Assembly: GCA_963674865.2 (NCBI GenBank)
Contig: CAXXYE010000009.1
Span: forward strand, 224,001 to 288,000
Direction of reading: 5' to 3'
Length of the DNA stretch: 64,000 nt
From: Candidatus Hydrogenedentota bacterium
GTDB taxonomy: Bacteria > Hydrogenedentota > Hydrogenedentia > Hydrogenedentales > SLHB01
The notes beneath the pieces are model-generated. The model made no database searches. It saw nothing but the letters and a program-made list of their open reading frames with translations, and was not told the origin of the DNA. Shown here in pieces: positions 59,020 to 64,000 of this stretch. Both the position numbers and the translations under genes were made by a program. The stretch's first letter is position 1, and each line of letters begins with the position of its first letter.

Positions 59020-60336
59020 TTAGGCCAAGTGCCATGGGGCGCGCATGGGTTTCTCGATCATCCGGTTCGCTGCGGTATCGCCAGGGAACACCTCCGTGGC
59101 GGGGTCGTACGCCACGGGACGCCCAACGCGGAAAGCGATGTTGCCCAGATGGGATAGGCACGTCGAGCGATGCCCGATAGCCACATCGCATATGGGCCGT
59201 TTACGCGTGCGCATCGCGTTAAGGAAATCCTGATGGTGGCCCGGCGAGTCGTACAAACGCACATCGTTCGGCCCCAGACCTTCATTGATGCTCTTGCCGG
59301 GCTTCGGATGGACGGTGTAACGATCGCGGTTCACGAACACCTCGCCTTCCGTCCCATAGAACTTAGTGCCGTATCCCTGGCCCACCTCGAAGATCTCACC
59401 CGAGCCTTGACGCCATTCGAGCGTCACGTCCCCGTAGTCGTAGACGACATCCAGCGTGCGCGGGAACTCGTAGAGGTTCTCCTCGAACATCTCCCCTTTG
59501 GCCTCGACGCGCCGTGGGCTCGTGTCATCCTTGCCCGCGCCCCACTGGGCGATGTCGAACAGGTGGACGCCCCAGTCCGTGAGCAGCCCGCCGGAATAGT
59601 CACGGAAATACCGGAACTGATAAGGATGGATGTAGCGGTTATACCGGCGCCAGGGGGCCGGCCCGAGCCATAGGTTCCAGTCCAGATAGGAGGGCGGCTC
59701 TTCATCCGGATAGTAATCCTGGCGGGGATTCGGGCCAAAAAAGCACACCATCCGCTGCAATTCGCCGATGCGCCCGTTCCGGACGAGTTCGCACGCGTGC
59801 AGAAACTGCTTCTGATCGCTGCGCTGCTGCGTACCCATCTGGACCACCCGTCCATATCGCCGCGCCGTCTCCACCATTTTCCGCCCCTCGGCGATGGTGA
59901 GCGTGAGTGGTTTCTCGCAGTACACATCCTTGCCGGCTTCCATCGCGGCGATGGCGGCCAACGCGTGCCAGTGATCGGGCGTGGCCACGAAGATAGCGTC
60001 GAGATCCGGCCGTGCGAGCATCTCCCGGAAATCATTGTACGTGTCGATACTGACGCCCGCTTGCGCAGCGCACTCCTTCGCGCTATCGCGCCGCTGTCCA
60101 TCCGGATCCGCCGCCGCGGCGATATGGACCTCGGGATGCTCCAGCAGGCGATCGAAATGGCTCCGCCCCATGCCCCCGACGCCGATAAAGCCCAGTACAA
60201 CCTTATCGTTCGCCCCGACGCTGCGGGCCGCGGCATACACGGCCCTTCGCGGCGCCAGTACGCCGAGTCCACCGCCTACCGCCGCCGCGCCCGCCCGGTG
60301 TAGAAACTGCCGCCGTGTCACGCCCTTACGTTTCAT
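59020..60336 (-). CDS. Tat-exported Gfo/Idh/MocA oxidoreductase
   Basis: TRRQFL Tat motif; GVGGMG, ATPDHWH, YCEKP and DWGVH motifs. Confidence 0.92.
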   Translation of the reverse strand: MKRKGVTRRQFLHRAGAAAVGGGLGVLAPRRAVYAAARSVGANDKVVLGFIGVGGMGRSHFDRLLEHPEVHIAAAADPDGQRRDSAKECAAQAGVSIDTYNDFREMLARPDLDAIFVATPDHWHALAAIAAMEAGKDVYCEKPLTLTIAEGRKMVETARRYGRVVQMGTQQRSDQKQFLHACELVRNGRIGELQRMVCFFGPNPRQDYYPDEEPPSYLDWNLWLGPAPWRRYNRYIHPYQFRYFRDYSGGLLTDWGVHLFDIAQWGAGKDDTSPRRVEAKGEMFEENLYEFPRTLDVVYDYGDVTLEWRQGSGEIFEVGQGYGTKFYGTEGEVFVNRDRYTVHPKPGKSINEGLGPNDVRLYDSPGHHQDFLNAMRTRKRPICDVAIGHRSTCLSHLGNIAFRVGRPVAYDPATEVFPGDTAANRMIEKPMRAPWHLA

Positions 60337-60522
60337 GCTCGACCCTCCCGCTGAAACATCATTGTCAACGCGCTCAACGATAGCACCGCGACATCACCGG
60401 TTCCAAGCCTCACAAGGCGAATAGCGGCGCGCATCCTCTTCTATCTACGCCTGGATTTCCCCGCACAACGCCCGGCAAGATAACATGGAAACAACGAACC
60501 GCTCGCAACAGGAGGCCCATCC

Positions 60523-61836
60523 ATGTTCGCTATTGTCCTTGCCGCCGCGTCGGCAATAGAACCGCCCCTCCCCATGGTATTCCTCTTGCCGGAAGACGTC
60601 CTCGACGCCAGCGGCGTTCGCATCGAGGCGCAGAAGCCCATGCCCGGCATGAAGCTCATCGAAGCCGACACCGCCCGCCCATCGCTGTGGCATGCTCCCA
60701 CTGCCACGCGTCAAACCGGGGATACCGTCACGATCTGGTACCAGCGTCCCGATAATGGCGAAGCGGATTACGCCGATCGGCGCGTACTGTGCATTGGGGA
60801 GCTCCGCGCCGGCGTGTGGTCCTTGCCCGCGCTGCATCCTGAGGCCCCTCCCTGGGGCGGGCCGAATAACATATGCATGCGCCGCTCGCCTCACGAGCCG
60901 ACGTGGGGAGGATTCAACGTATTCCAACTGGCCGACACGGCACACGGCCTCGCCATGCTCTACTGGGATCAGCCGGAGAAGGGCCTCGCGGGCGGCATGC
61001 TCGCCACCTCGGCCGACGGCCGCGTCTGGGAGAAGATTCCCGGGGAAGCCGTGTTTACCGAGCACAACGATGCATTCACCTTGCTCCGGCAGGGCGAGGA
61101 ATGCCTCCTCTATCAAACCAAGCTCGAGGACTGGCCCGATAAGCCTTATCCCGATAACCTCGACAAGAAACGCCGCGTTCAATCACTCCGCGTATCAAAG
61201 GATCTCCGAAGCTGGACGCCTCAGGAGGTGTTTCTGAGGCCCGACGAGCAGGATCGCCCCGAAGCCGAGTTCTATCTCATGAAGGCCTTCCCTTATGGCC
61301 GGGCGTACGCCGCACTGCTCATGAAGTACTTCGGCGATCCCAAACGGCCCAAAGAGCACAGCGCCATCCTCGAATACGAACTGATCGTCAGCCCGGACGC
61401 ACGCACTTGGCAGCGGCCTTTCCGCGATACCGACCTTGGCTTCTGGACTTACGCCGACCCCTTCACGCTCAACGGCCGATGGCATTTCCCCGTTGGCCGG
61501 GAAGGGGGCATGGAAACCGTCGCATACGAGCCGCACCGCCTTGTCGCCGTGGTGGCGGCTACGGAGGGGACTTTCAGTACCAAGCCGCTCGATCTTCCCG
61601 AGACGCCCCTCACTCTCAATGCGGACGCACGCGACGGATGGATCGAGATACAGCCACTCGACATACACGGGCAACCTATCAGCGATCTTCCCCCCGCCCA
61701 CATCGAAGGAGTAAACGGGACATGCCTGCCCATAGCCTGGAATGGCCGCTCCTCAACCGAGCTCGGCGTAGGCCGCTGCCGCCTCGGTTTCCGCCTCAAC
61801 AACGCGCGGGTGTTCGCTGTGGGCTTCGCGTCCTAG
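60523..61836 (+). CDS. Secreted hypothetical protein, probable beta-propeller glycosidase-like
   Basis: Asp-box-like repeats S.DG..W (SADGRVW, SKDLRSW, SPDARTW); GGAGG RBS. Confidence 0.6.
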   Translation: MFAIVLAAASAIEPPLPMVFLLPEDVLDASGVRIEAQKPMPGMKLIEADTARPSLWHAPTATRQTGDTVTIWYQRPDNGEADYADRRVLCIGELRAGVWSLPALHPEAPPWGGPNNICMRRSPHEPTWGGFNVFQLADTAHGLAMLYWDQPEKGLAGGMLATSADGRVWEKIPGEAVFTEHNDAFTLLRQGEECLLYQTKLEDWPDKPYPDNLDKKRRVQSLRVSKDLRSWTPQEVFLRPDEQDRPEAEFYLMKAFPYGRAYAALLMKYFGDPKRPKEHSAILEYELIVSPDARTWQRPFRDTDLGFWTYADPFTLNGRWHFPVGREGGMETVAYEPHRLVAVVAATEGTFSTKPLDLPETPLTLNADARDGWIEIQPLDIHGQPISDLPPAHIEGVNGTCLPIAWNGRSSTELGVGRCRLGFRLNNARVFAVGFAS

Positions 61837-62342
61837 ACCTCGCTACGGGCGATGGCGCACCGAAGGCCCTTCGCCGTGTAGATTTCGCGGCCGTCCACGG
61901 ACACCGTGCCGTCGGCGACGCACATCGTCAGTTTCAGTGGCACCAGGCGCCTTACTTGAATGTGGTACGCCACTACCTTCGCGCTCGGCCGCGCCTCTCC
62001 CGAGAACCGGACCTCATCGACCCCCATCGCGCGAACCTTCCCCTGATAGCCTTTCCAGGCGAGGAAGAATCCCGTTAGCTGCAGCAAGCCTTCGATTCCC
62101 AGCGATCCCGGCATGAGAGGATCGTCGGGAAAATGGCATCCAAAAAACCACAGATCAGGCCGAATATCCAGTTCGGCAATCGCCTCCCCCTTTCCATGCT
62201 GCCCGCCGTCCTCGGTGATATTGACGACCCGATCGAGCATGAGCATGTTAGGGGAAGGAAGCCGCACGCTATTCGGCCCGAATAACTCTCCACGGGTGCA
62301 GCGGATAATGTCTTCATAATCGTAGGCGTTTGCTTGAGACAC
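61833..62342 (-). CDS. fabA: FabA-like 3-hydroxyacyl-ACP dehydratase
   Basis: GELFGP...LP.PNMLMLDR, AELDI.PDLWFF.CHF..DP.MPG.LG and IYTAK.L motifs. Confidence 0.85.
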   Translation of the reverse strand: MSQANAYDYEDIIRCTRGELFGPNSVRLPSPNMLMLDRVVNITEDGGQHGKGEAIAELDIRPDLWFFGCHFPDDPLMPGSLGIEGLLQLTGFFLAWKGYQGKVRAMGVDEVRFSGEARPSAKVVAYHIQVRRLVPLKLTMCVADGTVSVDGREIYTAKGLRCAIARSEV

Positions 62343-62545
62343 GTTCAGAATCCTCTTTCGTCGTCGCTATGAGTAGATCTGGGATGGCGGCGTATTTTCA
62401 CGCGAGTCCGAACTAATGCCGGATACTATGGCCGCCGAATGTGAGTATAACCGATCTACCTACTTGCGTCATCCCGTCCATTCGCGTCCGTCTCCTGGCG
62501 CGGGCGACAGGGCGGGGCCGGTGGGCGTTCACCCCACACTTGGTG

Positions 62546-62574
62546 TTGACACAGGACGCTCCCCATGCTATAGT
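62546..62574 (+). promoter_or_regulatory. Strong sigma70-type promoter
   Basis: TTGACA-N17-TATAGT with a TG extension. Confidence 0.75.
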
Positions 62575-62621
62575 TACATACGCATACAGCTATTGTATTC
62601 GGTAACACGCGGGGGTGCGCC

Positions 62622-63971
62622 ATGATCAGAGAGTCTTCTCTCACAATCGCTGCAGTTTTCGCCGTGATTTCGGTATGGGTAGTGCTTTCCGAATCCTTGC
62701 CCGGCGCTGAGGCGGCTGAGGTCTCCTACGAGCGCTTCGCCTTCACCCAAATCCAGCCGGGGCCTTCTGGAGGAGTGACCAGGACGCTTGTCCTGGCTCA
62801 TGTGACGCCTGACGCCATCGAATTGCGCGACATCTGCACGGGCGTCGACACAGGCGCTCCCTTGTGTGTAAATCGCGGTATTGCTTACACCTACGGCCAA
62901 TACGGGCTGCGCGCAATCGACTTTAGCACAGGTTTGTCCACCACGATTGCCAAGACAATCCGGCCGTACGCGCAGGTGCCGGGCCGGTTCTACTCGCTAC
63001 AGCGTCAAGGGGAGGTTACCGCCGTTCGAGTCTACGACCTGGAGAAGCGCGCCTACCGCGACATCATGTCGTTTTCAGACGAATATAGCCCGCGTCGAAT
63101 TGCTGTGTCTCCCGGCGAGAGGTACCTCGCCTTCCTGACGCTGGCGGACCTGCCCGCCGAAGACGACGACGGCGGCCCATTGCACGAACTGACGGTTATC
63201 GACCTGAAGAACGGAACGCTGAGTCACCCGTGCGCTCCGATAACCTACTGGTCGCCCTCCGTCGCGTCCAGGCCCACGGATAGTCCCCCGTGCCTGTGGG
63301 CCGACGCGAACACGCTCCTGACGGTGCAATCCGAGCAAGGCGAGATCTCCTTCTCCGGCCAGGTTATCCCGGTTGATGTCCCTTCCGGCCCGGCGGGAGA
63401 GGCAGAGATCGCCGTAGGAATTCCCTCGCTGATAAACCGTATCATCCGAATCAACGTAGCGACAGGCGACGTACAGGAGGTCGGGCCGATTCCTGCAAAT
63501 GCGGAATTCACGTTCGCCCGGCTGCGGACTTCTAAGCCCGACGACTTGCCCTACATGGAGGCCGATCGAATTTCATACTACGTCGATGTGGCCAATTGTG
63601 ATCTGATAGAGGATGACCACGTCGGTGGGGCCTTCCGCAGGCTTCGAGGAGAGTCGGGGGAGGATGATCACGTCTTCCACGCCGAGCACCGCTTGGACTC
63701 AGCCTGTACCATCAACAAGATGCGCGTAGCTCCGGATACGCAGCGAGCGGTTTGGTTCGCCTTGGACTTGCCCGAGGAGCCATACACCGGCTTTGTGAGG
63801 TACTACGACTGCCGCCAAGGCCTTGTCCGAACGGTGGTGCAGGGCCACCTGGAATGGTATCCCGTTTGGATTACGGAGGAAGACCTCAGCCCCGACGTGG
63901 CGCCGTGCACACTTGACGACGGATGGCTACCCTTCAATGACTTCGCGTCCGAAGTGTCCCCCCAGGCGTGA
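62622..63971 (+). CDS. Secreted hypothetical protein, TolB-like beta-propeller features
   Basis: Signal peptide; AVSPGERYLAF and VAPD.QRAVWF blades. Confidence 0.6.
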   Translation: MIRESSLTIAAVFAVISVWVVLSESLPGAEAAEVSYERFAFTQIQPGPSGGVTRTLVLAHVTPDAIELRDICTGVDTGAPLCVNRGIAYTYGQYGLRAIDFSTGLSTTIAKTIRPYAQVPGRFYSLQRQGEVTAVRVYDLEKRAYRDIMSFSDEYSPRRIAVSPGERYLAFLTLADLPAEDDDGGPLHELTVIDLKNGTLSHPCAPITYWSPSVASRPTDSPPCLWADANTLLTVQSEQGEISFSGQVIPVDVPSGPAGEAEIAVGIPSLINRIIRINVATGDVQEVGPIPANAEFTFARLRTSKPDDLPYMEADRISYYVDVANCDLIEDDHVGGAFRRLRGESGEDDHVFHAEHRLDSACTINKMRVAPDTQRAVWFALDLPEEPYTGFVRYYDCRQGLVRTVVQGHLEWYPVWITEEDLSPDVAPCTLDDGWLPFNDFASEVSPQA

Positions 63972-64000
63972 TTGACTCCTTTCGGGACTCTAAGACACCG

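Overview
A 64-kb GC-rich bacterial chromosomal segment from a diderm (lptB, GT9 heptosyltransferase). It carries many secreted carbohydrate-, sulfate- and HEAT/DUF1080-type proteins; this gene content suggests Candidatus Hydrogenedentota or a PVC-like lineage (inference only). From left to right: the 3' part of a GH92 gene; tRNA-Ser(GGA) with a 3.55-kb integrated islet bounded by a 22-bp att duplication, containing an unknown 3-gene operon with two paralogous Zn-ribbon membrane proteins, hicBA and a damaged tyrosine integrase; GT9; a sugar ABC system with a binding protein-permease fusion; two parS-type palindromes at rsmG, where G/C strand skew appears to flip; apgM-like mutase and cimA; a methyltransferase / secreted protein / arylsulfotransferase / sulfatase-like cluster; two apparently identical 1231-bp IS4-family copies; sppA, mutY, a sensor kinase, PPIase and M23 peptidase; a putative type II restriction-modification pair; two different ilvD types flanking a nitroreductase; nadC-birA-coaX-lptCAB-like genes; and an atypical fabA. 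No CRISPR array or rRNA was seen. All family calls come from motif recognition by eye; no database searches were run.
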